Assembly: GCF_042660085.1 (NCBI RefSeq)
Contig: NZ_JBHSTI010000008.1
Location: 1,479,876 to 1,511,875, forward strand
DNA from: Longivirga aurantiaca
Lineage (GTDB): Bacteria > Actinomycetota > Actinomycetes > S36-B12 > CAIYMF01
Reading direction: 5' to 3'
DNA length: 32,000 nucleotides
A program made the position numbers and the translations under genes. The notes below the pieces were generated by a model. It was not told where the DNA came from. It saw nothing but the letters and a program-made list of their open reading frames with translations, and searched no databases. Shown piece after piece: positions 9,709-18,686 of the stretch (the first letter of the stretch is position 1; every line of letters starts with the position of its first letter).

Positions 9709-10841
9709 GCGCGGGTCCGCCCGCGCGCCACCGACCGCAGCGCGTCCTCGAAGCCGTCGACGGCGGACTTCCACGAGTGCGCGGCGGCGTGGATTCCGCA
9801 GTCCATCCCCATCCGCTCCACGAGCGAGCGGTCCGACAGCAGCCCGTCGAGCCGGCGCTCGAGGTCGGCCTGGTCGTCGCAGAGATAGCCGGTGACGCCG
9901 TGGACGACCGACTCGTTGACGCCCCCGGCCGACCGGTAGGCCAGGGTCGGGGTGCCGCACGCCGCGGCCTCCACCGCGACCAGGCCCCAGCCCTCCTTGA
10001 GGGACGGGAGCAGGTGCACCCAGGCCCGGGCAAGCTCGGCGTCGCGCTCGTCGTCGCCGACCCGCCCCAGGAACTCGACCTGGTCGTGCAGGCCGAGGCG
10101 GTCGGAGAGGACCTCGAGCTCGTGCCGGTGGTAGCCCTCGCCGATGATCCTCAGCCGGAGGTCGGGGTGGCGGTGGCGGACGCGGGCCACTGCCTCGATG
10201 GCGTGCTCCACCTGCTTGTGCGGCACCAGGCGCGACACGACGACGACGCCGGGGCGGTCGTCGCGCGGGGGGAGCGACTCGGGCAGGTCGCTGCCATTGC
10301 GGACCACGACCAGCCTGTCGCCCGGATGCCCCAGGCCCTCCAGCTCTCGGGCGGTGCTGGAGCTCACCGCGACCGCGTGGGTGGCGCGGTGCACGAGCGG
10401 GCTGAGGCGGGACTCGATGAACCACCCGATGCGCCCGGCCACCGGGCCGACGGCCACGGGCCACTGCTCGCGGTGCACGTGGTGGACGACCAGGAGGGTG
10501 GTGCGCGGCCGGGCGACGGCCGCGAAGAACGGGATGCCGTTCTGGACGTCGACGACCACGTCGTAGCCACGGGACGTCGAATGCAGGAAACCCTTGCCGT
10601 ACACGCCCAGACGGCCGCCGCGACGGCGGTAGCGCACGCCCCGGTCGAGCTCGTCGCGGGGGCGGCCGGCGTACGCCGCCGTGGCGATCGTGACCTCGTG
10701 CCCGCGCTCGGCGAGACCGCGCGCCACCTGGCCCAGCGTGCGCTCCGAGCCGCCCGCCTCCGGATGCCACTCGTCGCGCCAGCTGAGGACCAGCACGCGC
10801 AGGGGTGCGCGACCGGCCGGCTCGACGACGTGCTCGCTCAT
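9705..10841 (-). CDS. GT4-family (GT-B fold) glycosyltransferase
   Basis: 378 aa. N-terminal LRVLVLSWRDEWHPEAGGSERTL... and C-terminal LPSLKEGWGLVAVEAAACGTPTLAYRSAGGVNESVVHGVTGYL form a typical GT4 E-x7-E region. Confidence 0.9.
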   Translation of the reverse strand: MSEHVVEPAGRAPLRVLVLSWRDEWHPEAGGSERTLGQVARGLAERGHEVTIATAAYAGRPRDELDRGVRYRRRGGRLGVYGKGFLHSTSRGYDVVVDVQNGIPFFAAVARPRTTLLVVHHVHREQWPVAVGPVAGRIGWFIESRLSPLVHRATHAVAVSSSTARELEGLGHPGDRLVVVRNGSDLPESLPPRDDRPGVVVVSRLVPHKQVEHAIEAVARVRHRHPDLRLRIIGEGYHRHELEVLSDRLGLHDQVEFLGRVGDDERDAELARAWVHLLPSLKEGWGLVAVEAAACGTPTLAYRSAGGVNESVVHGVTGYLCDDQADLERRLDGLLSDRSLVERMGMDCGIHAAAHSWKSAVDGFEDALRSVARGRTRA

Positions 10842-10852
10842 GAGTCCGAAGT

Positions 10853-11644
10853 GTGCCCTACGGTGGCCCGGTGTCGGAGGTCGAGCAGGCGACGTGGAGC
10901 CGTGCGTACCGGCTGTTCCGCGACTTCAGGGTCGAGCAGAGCGACCCCGACCGCTTCTACAGCGCCCTGGCATCTGACAGCATCGCGCAGCTCCGTCAGT
11001 TCACCTCCCTCGATGGTGCGAAGGTGCTCGACGTCGGCGGCGGCCCCGGCTACTTCGCCGACGCCTTCGCGGACTCGGGCGCCTGGTACGTCCCCGTCGA
11101 GTACGACCACGGCGAGTTGTCCGCCCGCGGGGGAGTGTCGGTCCGCTCCGTCATGGCCGACGGCGCACGGCTACCGTTCCACGACTGCTCGTTCGACGTG
11201 GTCTACAGCTCCAACGTGCTCGAGCACGTGCCGGACCGCGCCGCGATGGTGCGCGAGATGGTCCGTGTCGCGGCGCCCGGCGGTCTCGTCTTCGCGGCGT
11301 ACACGGTCTGGTTCGGCCCGTGGGGCGGGCACGAGACGTCGCCCTGGCACTTCCTCGGCGGGATGCGGGCGCGACGCCGCTACTCCCGCGTGCACGGCCA
11401 TGAGCCCAAGAACAGGTTCGGCGAGAGCATGTTCGCAGTGACGGTGGCCGAGGGCCTGGGGCTCGCGCGCGACCTGCCCCAGGCGGACCTGGTCGCGGTC
11501 TTCCCGAGGTACCTGCCCCGCTCCACCTGGTGGCTGCTCCGAGTCCCCGGGGTCCGCGAGGTGGCGACCTGGAACCTCGCCCTCGTGTGGCGGCGGCGCC
11601 CCGACGCGGCCCCGACGTCCGGCAGGGACGCAACTCGCCGGTAA
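10853..11644 (+). CDS. Class I SAM-dependent methyltransferase (Methyltransf_11-like)
   Basis: 263 aa, divergent from the GT4 gene. Motif I is KVLDVGGGPGYFADAF, and DVVYSSNVLEHVPD is the post-I/II region. The start could instead be GTG 10871. Confidence 0.8.
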   Translation: MPYGGPVSEVEQATWSRAYRLFRDFRVEQSDPDRFYSALASDSIAQLRQFTSLDGAKVLDVGGGPGYFADAFADSGAWYVPVEYDHGELSARGGVSVRSVMADGARLPFHDCSFDVVYSSNVLEHVPDRAAMVREMVRVAAPGGLVFAAYTVWFGPWGGHETSPWHFLGGMRARRRYSRVHGHEPKNRFGESMFAVTVAEGLGLARDLPQADLVAVFPRYLPRSTWWLLRVPGVREVATWNLALVWRRRPDAAPTSGRDATRR

Positions 11645-11719
11645 CTTCCGGGTCTCAATCAGCGCCAACCGCGCTGGGTATCCGCTAACGTCCGCGCATC
11701 AGTCGTCGAAGGAGTCGGT

Positions 11720-12688
11720 ATGAAGCGTGGCCTGGGCATCGCCCTCGTGGGTCTGGGGGCGTTCCTCCTGGTCCTGGCTGGAGCGCTCAAGTTCTACGCA
11801 GTCCCTGCCCTGTCCAAGGCGCCGCTCGTCCCGGGTGAGTCCACCGGGGGCATCTCGACGTCGCTGGCGGTCGGGACGGCCGAGACCCTCTTCGACCCGA
11901 GCGCCCTCGTCGCCGGCGAGAACCCGATCCGCACCAACGTGCCGCTCACGTCGACGCGCACGACCCGTGGCGATGTCACGGAGTCGCAGACCGACGCCGC
12001 CAAGGCGGACGACCTCGCGATCTACGACTCGTTCTCGAACCTCACGGACGACACCGGCACGACCATCTCGGCCGGCACGATCCGTGTCGCCTTCGACCGC
12101 GTGACGTCCGAGCTGTCGAACTGCTGCAACGCCAACATCGACGGCGAAACGGTCGAGTGGTCGGGCATCAACCCGCTGAAGTTCCCGTTCAACGTCGAGC
12201 AGAAGACCTACGACTACTTCGACACCACGCTGGTGAAGGCGGTCCCGATCGAGTTCACGGGCACCGAGGACCTCGACGGCCTCGAGGTCTACGTCTTCAA
12301 GCAGAGCATCCCGGCGACGCAGATCGGCGAGCAGGAGGTGCCGGGCTCGCTCGTCGGCTCCACCGAGGCCAGCGTCAAGGCTCCGCGCATGTACGAGAAC
12401 GTGCGCACCCTGCAGGTCGACCCGGTGACCGGCTCGATCATCGCCGGCGTCGAGCAGCAGAAGCAGTGGCTCGCGGGCGCCGACGGCACCGAGAAGCTCA
12501 CGATCATCAAGGCGACAGTCGGAACCGAGGACGCCACCAAACAGGCCGCGATCGACGACGCCAAGACCAACGGCGCGCTGCTCAAGACCCTCGGCAGCAC
12601 CGTGCCGCTCGTCGGCTTCGTCCTCGGCCTGATCCTGCTCGTCGTCGGATTCGTCCTCGTGGCCCGCAAGGACCCGTCCACCTCCTGA
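11720..12688 (+). CDS. DUF3068-like ('PorA-family'-type) membrane-anchored protein
   Basis: ATG is preceded by aaggag. There is an N-terminal TM (GIALVGLGAFLLVLAGALKFY) and a C-terminal TM (VPLVGFVLGLILLVVGFVLVA) around a ~270-aa acidic, Thr-rich ectodomain. The architecture matches what I recall for DUF3068. Confidence 0.75.
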   Translation: MKRGLGIALVGLGAFLLVLAGALKFYAVPALSKAPLVPGESTGGISTSLAVGTAETLFDPSALVAGENPIRTNVPLTSTRTTRGDVTESQTDAAKADDLAIYDSFSNLTDDTGTTISAGTIRVAFDRVTSELSNCCNANIDGETVEWSGINPLKFPFNVEQKTYDYFDTTLVKAVPIEFTGTEDLDGLEVYVFKQSIPATQIGEQEVPGSLVGSTEASVKAPRMYENVRTLQVDPVTGSIIAGVEQQKQWLAGADGTEKLTIIKATVGTEDATKQAAIDDAKTNGALLKTLGSTVPLVGFVLGLILLVVGFVLVARKDPSTS

Positions 12689-12701
12689 CCTGGAGCCGGG
12701 C

Positions 12702-13082
12702 TCAGCCTCGGCTGAGGTCGGCGTCCCGGAAGAGCGGCACCGTGGCCGAGGCGTCGCGCATCAGGCGGTCCATGCTCGTCGGCGTCCGGTTCACGACGAC
12801 GACGTCGAGGTCGCAGGCGCCCCGGGCCACCACGGTCTGCGCGTAGGTCGGTGTCGTGCCGGTCGAGGGGGAGCAGACCGGCGTCCTGCTGCTCCAGGGC
12901 CCGTACGGGGTGTCGGACGGCAGGACGACGATGCGCAGGCGCCCCGCGCGGCCGGGTGCGACCGCATCGACACCCGTGCCCACGTTGACGAGGGCGGTGC
13001 TGCGCACGATCGTGGTGCCGTCGGCGCTCCGGCGTCCCCGCCGGGCCTGTCGCCGTCCAGCGCGCGGAGCATCCGGTTCCAC
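12702..13082 (-). CDS. Hypothetical protein; 5' end and start uncertain (possible frameshift)
   Basis: Very high GC3 runs from about 13007 (GTG, VRSTALVNVGTGVDAV...) down to TGA 12702-12704. Upstream of about 13015 the high-GC3 signal moves to another frame (...AAAWNRMLRALDGDRPGGD). I recognise no family. Confidence 0.4.
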   Translation of the reverse strand: MEPDAPRAGRRQARRGRRSADGTTIVRSTALVNVGTGVDAVAPGRAGRLRIVVLPSDTPYGPWSSRTPVCSPSTGTTPTYAQTVVARGACDLDVVVVNRTPTSMDRLMRDASATVPLFRDADLSRG

Positions 13083-13178
13083 GCCGCGGCGTCCGCAGGC
13101 TCGGATCCGCAGCAGTCCCGGTGCTGGCCGACCGGTGCCGGCAGCCGATCGGACGAACCCCGGCCGGTGCCTCTCGCA

Positions 13179-13958
13179 TCACACCGTCGTGCACACCCAG
13201 ATCGCCGTGCCGGGGAGGATCGCACCGCGGGTGGGCGACCAGCCGCCCCAGACCTGGTCGTTCCGCTCCGGCCACTCCGGCTCGACGAGGTCCAGCACCC
13301 GGAGGCCCGCGGAGGTGAGGGCGCGGACGGTGTCGCCCACCGTCCGGTGGTGCTCCACGTACGTCGCGGTGCCGTCCGGATCGCGCTCGACGTACGGAGT
13401 GCGGTCGAAGTACGGGCGGTCCGCCACGAGGCCTGCCGGGCCGGGAGCGTCCGGGAAGGCCCAGCGCACCGGGTGCGTGACCGAGAAGACCCACCGGCCC
13501 CCCGGGCGCAGCACGCGGGCCACTTCCGCGAACACCGCCCCGACGTCGGCGACGAACGGGATCGCGCCGTACGCCGAGCACACGACGTCGAAGACGGCGG
13601 GGCCGAACGGCAGCTCGCCGGCGTCGGCCTGGACCAGCGGCACCGCGGGGGAGAAGGTGCGGGAGTGGGCCAGCATCGCGTGGCTCAGGTCGAGCGCGAC
13701 GACGCGCGCGCCCTGGCCGGCGAGCCAGCGAGCGCCCTGCGCGCCCCCGGCGCCGACCTCGAGGACACGGCGTCCGGAGACCGGACCCAGCAGGCCCAGC
13801 TCGGCCTCGGTCCAGCCCTCCGGCCCCCACACGAGGTCCGAACCGGCCCGCGCGTCGCCGAGGAAGGCACCGTGCTCGGCGGCGTACCCCGTCGCCTCGG
13901 CGTCCCACCAGGCCCGGGAGGCCCGGACCGAGTCGCGTCGTCCCAGGTCAGAGCGCAT
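13179..13958 (-). CDS. Class I SAM-dependent methyltransferase
   Basis: Trimmed to ATG 13956-13958 (MRSDLGRRDSVRASRAWWDAEA...). Motif I is RVLEVGAGGAQGARWLA, followed by FDVVCSAYGAIPFV and LRPGGRWVFSV. Confidence 0.85.
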   Translation of the reverse strand: MRSDLGRRDSVRASRAWWDAEATGYAAEHGAFLGDARAGSDLVWGPEGWTEAELGLLGPVSGRRVLEVGAGGAQGARWLAGQGARVVALDLSHAMLAHSRTFSPAVPLVQADAGELPFGPAVFDVVCSAYGAIPFVADVGAVFAEVARVLRPGGRWVFSVTHPVRWAFPDAPGPAGLVADRPYFDRTPYVERDPDGTATYVEHHRTVGDTVRALTSAGLRVLDLVEPEWPERNDQVWGGWSPTRGAILPGTAIWVCTTV

Positions 13959-14176
13959 GGGCGAGCCGGGAGGGCGGTTTGACCCGTGATCTGCCACGTC
14001 CGTATCCTGGCCTGTGCGTCGCGGGCCTGCGCGCGCCTCATACCGAGCAGGCACCCGCATGTCGTCCGGAGTGAACCCACGCCGTCGCCCTCACGGGCTT
14101 CTGCTCGGCCGCGCCTGATGGCGAAGGCCCGCCGTCGCATCCGTCTCGACACCCATCCACCGGAGCTCCTTACTCC

Positions 14177-15643
14177 ATGACTGCCACCATCGACACCCCC
14201 GCGACGTTCCAGATCGCGGTCAACGACATCGGCGATGCCGAGGCTTTCGCCGCCGCTGTCGACGAGACCATCAAGTACTTCAACGACGGCGACATCGTCG
14301 AGGGCACCATCGTCAAGGTCGACCGTGACGAGGTCCTCCTCGACATCGGCTACAAGACCGAGGGCGTCATCCCCTCCCGTGAGCTGTCGATCAAGCACGA
14401 CGTCGACCCCAACGAGGTCGTCAAGCTCGGCGACGTCGTCGAGGCCCTGGTCCTCCAGAAGGAGGACAAGGAAGGCCGTCTCATCCTGTCCAAGAAGCGC
14501 GCTCAGTACGAGCGTGCCTGGGGCACCATCGAGAAGGTCAAGGAAGAGGACGGCGTCGTCACCGGCACCGTCATCGAGGTCGTCAAGGGTGGACTCATCC
14601 TCGACATCGGCCTCCGCGGCTTCCTCCCCGCCTCGCTCGTCGAGATGCGTCGTGTCCGCGACCTCCAGCCGTACGTCGGCAAGGAGCTCGAGGCCAAGAT
14701 CATCGAGCTCGACAAGAACCGCAACAACGTGGTCCTGTCGCGCCGAGCCTGGCTCGAGCAGACCCAGTCCGAGGTCCGCCAGAACTTCCTCACGCAGCTG
14801 CAGAAGGGCCAGATCCGCTCCGGCGTCGTCTCGTCCATCGTCAACTTCGGCGCGTTCGTCGACCTCGGCGGCGTGGACGGTCTCGTCCACGTGTCCGAGC
14901 TGTCGTGGAAGCACATCGACCACCCGTCCGAGGTCGTCGAGGTCGGCACCGAGGTCACCGTCGAGGTGCTCGACGTCGACATGGACCGCGAGCGAGTCTC
15001 CCTGTCGCTGAAGGCGACGCAGGAGGACCCGTGGCAGCAGTTCGCCCGCACGCACCAGATCGGCCAGGTCGTCCCCGGCAAGGTCACCAAGCTGGTGCCG
15101 TTCGGCGCGTTCGTGCGTGTCGAGGAGGGCATCGAGGGCCTGGTCCACATCTCCGAGCTGGCCGAGCGCCACGTGGAGCTGCCGGAGCAGGTCGTCACCG
15201 TGGGCAGCGACATCTTCGTCAAGGTCATCGACATCGACCTCGAGCGTCGTCGCATCTCGCTGTCGCTCAAGCAGGCCTCCGAGGGGATCTCGGGCGCCGA
15301 GGACGAGCACTTCGACCCGGCTCTCTACGGCATGGCCGCCACGTACGACGAGGCCGGCCAGTACGTCTACCCCGACGGCTTCGACCCGGAGACGGGCGAG
15401 TGGCTCCCGGGCCACGAGACCGCCCAGGCCGAGTGGGAGCGCCAGTACGCCGAGGCGCACTCCCGCTGGGAGGCGCACAAGAAGCAGGTCGAGGAGCAGC
15501 GCAAGGCTGACGCCGAGGCCGGGGTCGCCACCGACGCCGAGTCCGGCACGCAGTCCTACACCTCGCCCGCCCCCGAGGCCGCCGGCACGCTGGCGACCGA
15601 CGAGGCGCTGCAGGCCCTGCGCGACAAGCTCACCGGCGCCTGA
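14177..15643 (+). CDS. rpsA: 30S ribosomal protein S1
   Basis: 488 aa with repeated S1 domains (GDIVEGTIVKVDRDEVLLDIGYKTEGVIP; GVVTGTVIEVVKGGLILDIGLRGFLPAS; GQIRSGVVSSIVNFGAFVDLGGVDGLVHVSELS; GQVVPGKVTKLVPFGAFVRVEEGIEGLVHISEL). The sequence is unmistakable. Confidence 0.97.
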   Translation: MTATIDTPATFQIAVNDIGDAEAFAAAVDETIKYFNDGDIVEGTIVKVDRDEVLLDIGYKTEGVIPSRELSIKHDVDPNEVVKLGDVVEALVLQKEDKEGRLILSKKRAQYERAWGTIEKVKEEDGVVTGTVIEVVKGGLILDIGLRGFLPASLVEMRRVRDLQPYVGKELEAKIIELDKNRNNVVLSRRAWLEQTQSEVRQNFLTQLQKGQIRSGVVSSIVNFGAFVDLGGVDGLVHVSELSWKHIDHPSEVVEVGTEVTVEVLDVDMDRERVSLSLKATQEDPWQQFARTHQIGQVVPGKVTKLVPFGAFVRVEEGIEGLVHISELAERHVELPEQVVTVGSDIFVKVIDIDLERRRISLSLKQASEGISGAEDEHFDPALYGMAATYDEAGQYVYPDGFDPETGEWLPGHETAQAEWERQYAEAHSRWEAHKKQVEEQRKADAEAGVATDAESGTQSYTSPAPEAAGTLATDEALQALRDKLTGA

Positions 15644-15664
15644 GCCTCGGCTCCAGCACCGTGA

Positions 15665-15720
15665 GCTGATCGGCAGATCAGCACGACACGAAGCCCCCCG
15701 GACCGCGCGGTCCGGGGGGC
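15665..15720 (+). terminator. Two hairpins downstream of rpsA (terminator candidate)
   Basis: gctgatc-ggca-gatcagc at 15665-15682, and the strong stem gccccccggacc-gcgc-ggtccggggggc at 15693-15720 followed by cucguucgu. Confidence 0.6.
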
Positions 15721-15749
15721 CTCGTTCGTCCGGCGCTAGATTCACCGGC

Positions 15750-16346
15750 ATGAAGATCGGTCTCACCGGCGGAATAGGCGCCGGAAAATCTGCGGTGTCC
15801 TCCCGCTTCGCCCAGCACGGGGCGGTCATCGTCGACGCCGACACGATCGCCCGCGAGGTCGTCGAGCCGGGAACGCCCGGGCTCGCGGCCATCACCGCGG
15901 AGTTCGGCCGCGGCATCCTCGCCGACGACGGCACCCTCGACCGTGCCGCCCTGGCGAAGATCGTCTTCTCCGACTCCGCGCGCCGCACGGCGCTCGAGGA
16001 GATCGTGCACCCCCTGGTGGCCCTCCGGTCGGGGCAGCTGATCGCTGCAGCACCGCCGAAAGCCGTCGTCGTCTACGACGTCCCGCTGCTCGCCGAGCTC
16101 GTCGGCAAGGGCCAGCGCACCACGGACGAGTACGACGTCGTCGTCGTGGTCGAGGCCCCGGAGGAGGTCCGGATCGCCCGCCTCGTCGCCCGCGGCCTGC
16201 CCGAGTGGGACGCCGAGGCCCGGATCGCGTCCCAGTCGACCGACGAGGAGCGCCGCGCTCTCGCCGACCACGTGCTCGTCAACGACGGCACGCTCCAGGA
16301 CCTCGACGCCAAGGTCGACGCCCTCTGGGCCCAGCTCACCGCCTGA
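15750..16346 (+). CDS. coaE: Dephospho-CoA kinase (kinase domain only, 198 aa)
   Basis: Trimmed to ATG 15750 (MKIGLTGGIGAGKSAVS..., P-loop), with DADTIAREVVEPGTP and a typical CoaE layout. It sits between rpsA and uvrB as in other actinobacteria. Confidence 0.9.
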   Translation: MKIGLTGGIGAGKSAVSSRFAQHGAVIVDADTIAREVVEPGTPGLAAITAEFGRGILADDGTLDRAALAKIVFSDSARRTALEEIVHPLVALRSGQLIAAAPPKAVVVYDVPLLAELVGKGQRTTDEYDVVVVVEAPEEVRIARLVARGLPEWDAEARIASQSTDEERRALADHVLVNDGTLQDLDAKVDALWAQLTA

Positions 16347-16378
16347 TCCGCTACGCCCGCCGTGAACCGGTGGGGCGG

Positions 16379-16401
16379 TTGTCGGACCCTGGTCGTAGCG
16401 T
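16379..16401 (+). promoter_or_regulatory. RecA-NDp / PafBC-type DNA-damage promoter candidate for uvrB (leaderless)
   Basis: TTGTCGGAC-cctggtcg-TAGCGT fits the published motif tTGTCRgtg-8nt-TAnnnT. The -10 ends 6 nt before ATG 16408, which places the predicted TSS at or next to the start codon. Confidence 0.45.
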
Positions 16402-16407
16402 GGCCGT

Positions 16408-18519
16408 ATGGCCCGCCCTGTCACCGACCTGCAGCGCACCGTCGCGCCCTTCGAGGTCATCTCCGACTACATCCCGTCCGGCGACCAGCCCGCAGCCATC
16501 GCGGAGATCGCGGCACGGATCGAGTCCGGGGCCCAGGACGTCGTGCTCCTCGGCGCCACCGGCACCGGCAAGTCGGCGACCACCGCGTGGCTGATCGAGA
16601 AGCTCCAGCGCCCCACCCTGGTGATGGCGCCCAACAAGACCCTGGCCGCGCAGCTCGCCAACGAGTTCCGCGAGCTGCTGCCCAACAACGCCGTCGAGTA
16701 CTTCGTCAGCTACTACGACTACTACCAGCCCGAGGCGTACATCCCGCAGTCGGACACCTACATCGAGAAGGACTCCTCGATCAACGAGGAGGTCGAGCGG
16801 CTCCGGCACTCGGCCACCAACTCGCTGCTGACCCGGCGCGACGTCATCGTCGTCGCCTCGGTCTCGTGCATCTACGGCCTCGGCACCCCGCAGGAGTACG
16901 TCGACCGCATGGCCCGCCTCACGGTGGGCCAGGAGTGGAACCGCGACGACCTGCTGCGCCGGCTCGTGTCGATCCAGTACACCCGCAACGACCTCGCGTT
17001 CACCCGCGGCACGTTCCGGGTGCGCGGCGACACGATCGAGATCTTCCCGGTCTACGAGGAGCACCCCGTCCGGATCGAGATGTTCGGCGACGAGGTCGAG
17101 CGCCTCATGACGCTGCACCCGGTCACGGGCGAGATCCTCACCGAGGACTCCGAGCTCTACATCTTCCCGGCCACGCACTACGTCGCCGGCCCGGAGCGCA
17201 TGGAGCGCGCCATCGGCGGTATCGAGGCCGAGCTCGAGGCCCGCCTCGCCGAGCTCGAGAAGCAGGGCAACCTGCTCGAGGCCCAGCGCCTGCGCATGCG
17301 CACCACGTACGACCTGGAGATGATGCGGCAGGTCGGCTTCTGCTCCGGCATCGAGAACTACAGCCGCCACATCGACGGCCGCGAGGCGGGCACCGCACCG
17401 CACTGCCTCCTCGACTACTTCCCCGAGGACTTCCTGCTCGTCATCGACGAGTCCCACGTCACCGTGCCGCAGATCGGCTCGATGTACGAGGGCGACATGA
17501 GCCGCAAGCGCACGCTCGTCGAGCACGGGTTCCGCCTCCCGAGCGCGATGGACAACCGTCCGCTCAAGTGGGAGGAGTTCCTCGAGCGCGTCGGGCAGAC
17601 GGTCTACCTGTCGGCGACGCCGGGCAAGTACGAGCTCTCGCGCGTCCACGACGACGTCGTCGAGCAGGTCATCCGCCCGACCGGCCTCGTCGACCCCGAG
17701 GTGGTCGTGAAGCCCACCAAGGGCCAGATCGACGACCTCATGGGCGAGATCCGCCTGCGCACCGACAAGGACGAGCGCGTCCTCGTCACCACGCTCACCA
17801 AGAAGATGGCCGAGGACCTCACCGACTACCTGCTCGAGCAGGGGATCCGGGTGCGCTACCTGCACTCGGAGGTCGACACGCTGCGGCGCATCGAGCTCCT
17901 GCGCGAGCTCCGGCTCGGTCTGTACGACGTCCTGGTCGGCATCAACCTCCTGCGCGAGGGCCTCGACCTCCCCGAGGTGTCCCTGGTGGCGATCCTCGAC
18001 GCCGACAAGGAGGGGTTCCTGCGCTCGGGCACCTCGTTGATCCAGACGATCGGCCGCGCGGCCCGCAACGTGAGCGGCCAGGTCCATATGTACGCCGACA
18101 CCATCACCCCGTCGATGGCCAAGGCCATCGACGAGACCAACCGGCGCCGCGCCAAGCAGGTGGCCTACAACGAGGCCCACGGCGTCGACCCGACGCCGCT
18201 GCGCAAGAAGATCCAGGACATCAGCGACCTCATCACCCGCGAGGACGCCGACACCGAGGAGCTGCTCGGCGGCTCGGGGCGCACCCAGTCCCGCGGCAAG
18301 GCGCCCGTGCCCGGCATGGGCTCGGCGCGCGGGGGAGCGGCCGGCCTCGACGTCAGCGGGATGCCCGCGCGCGAGCTGGCCGAGCTCATCGGCGAGCTGA
18401 CCGACCAGATGCACGCGGCGGCGGCCGAGCTGCAGTTCGAGGTGGCGGCCCGGCTGCGCGACGAGGTGTCGGACCTGAAGAAGGAGCTCCGGCAGATGCA
18501 GGCGGCCGGTCACGCCTGA
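16408..18519 (+). CDS. uvrB: Excinuclease ABC subunit B
   Basis: 703 aa. Walker A is [10 protein letters not shown], the helicase motif is [13 protein letters not shown], and the C-terminal UVR domain is [21 protein letters not shown]. Confidence 0.97.
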   Translation: MARPVTDLQRTVAPFEVISDYIPSGDQPAAIAEIAARIESGAQDVVLLGATGTGKSATTAWLIEKLQRPTLVMAPNKTLAAQLANEFRELLPNNAVEYFVSYYDYYQPEAYIPQSDTYIEKDSSINEEVERLRHSATNSLLTRRDVIVVASVSCIYGLGTPQEYVDRMARLTVGQEWNRDDLLRRLVSIQYTRNDLAFTRGTFRVRGDTIEIFPVYEEHPVRIEMFGDEVERLMTLHPVTGEILTEDSELYIFPATHYVAGPERMERAIGGIEAELEARLAELEKQGNLLEAQRLRMRTTYDLEMMRQVGFCSGIENYSRHIDGREAGTAPHCLLDYFPEDFLLVIDESHVTVPQIGSMYEGDMSRKRTLVEHGFRLPSAMDNRPLKWEEFLERVGQTVYLSATPGKYELSRVHDDVVEQVIRPTGLVDPEVVVKPTKGQIDDLMGEIRLRTDKDERVLVTTLTKKMAEDLTDYLLEQGIRVRYLHSEVDTLRRIELLRELRLGLYDVLVGINLLREGLDLPEVSLVAILDADKEGFLRSGTSLIQTIGRAARNVSGQVHMYADTITPSMAKAIDETNRRRAKQVAYNEAHGVDPTPLRKKIQDISDLITREDADTEELLGGSGRTQSRGKAPVPGMGSARGGAAGLDVSGMPARELAELIGELTDQMHAAAAELQFEVAARLRDEVSDLKKELRQMQAAGHA

Positions 18520-18626
18520 TCGGCACGTGTCCTCTGATCGGCACTTGTCCTCTGATCGGCACTTGTCCTCTGATCGGCACTTGTCCTCTGATCGGCACGG
18601 GGTCCGCTGATGGGCATGGGGTCCCC
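18517..18626. repeat. Tandem direct-repeat array: 4 x 18 bp plus 2 x 19-bp degenerate units
   Basis: Units begin at 18517, 18535, 18553 and 18571 (tgatcggcac[g/t]tgtcctc; units 2-4 identical). Units at 18589 (tgatcggcacggggtccgc) and 18608 (tgatgggcatggggtcccc) are degenerate. The first TGA is the uvrB stop codon, and the array ends 60 nt before the TerC start. Confidence 0.9.
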
Positions 18627-18686
18627 GCGCCCTTCCCGTGGAAGGATGGGCCACCCGCGCACCGTTGACCGAAGGACTCCCACCGC

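Noticed and set aside
8947-10770. A 607-aa ORF read as one protein.
   Set aside because: Only the last 253 codons (from GTG 9708) look like a methyltransferase. The upstream part is an alternate frame of the GT4 gene (9705..10841).
13685-15988. A 767-aa minus-strand ORF.
   Set aside because: It is antisense to rpsA and coaE. It has a low-complexity D/L/V/G/E composition and no recognisable domain.
16347-16407. A LexA SOS box upstream of uvrB (also checked upstream of uvrA, 27623-27738).
   Set aside because: No TCGAAC-N4-GTTCGA-like palindrome is present. The RecA-NDp-type motif fits better.
18517-18626. The 18-bp repeat array read as a CRISPR array.
   Set aside because: The units are directly adjacent with no spacers and are too short, and no cas genes are in the window.
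16351-18668. A 767-aa minus-strand ORF and a 768-aa alternate plus-frame ORF across uvrB. Both include the repeated RSEDKC / LIGTCP peptides.
   Set aside because: The uvrB frame (16408..18519) carries all the conserved motifs. The others are Arg/Pro/Gly-rich shadow frames, and the peptide repeats are simply translations of the 18-bp DNA array.
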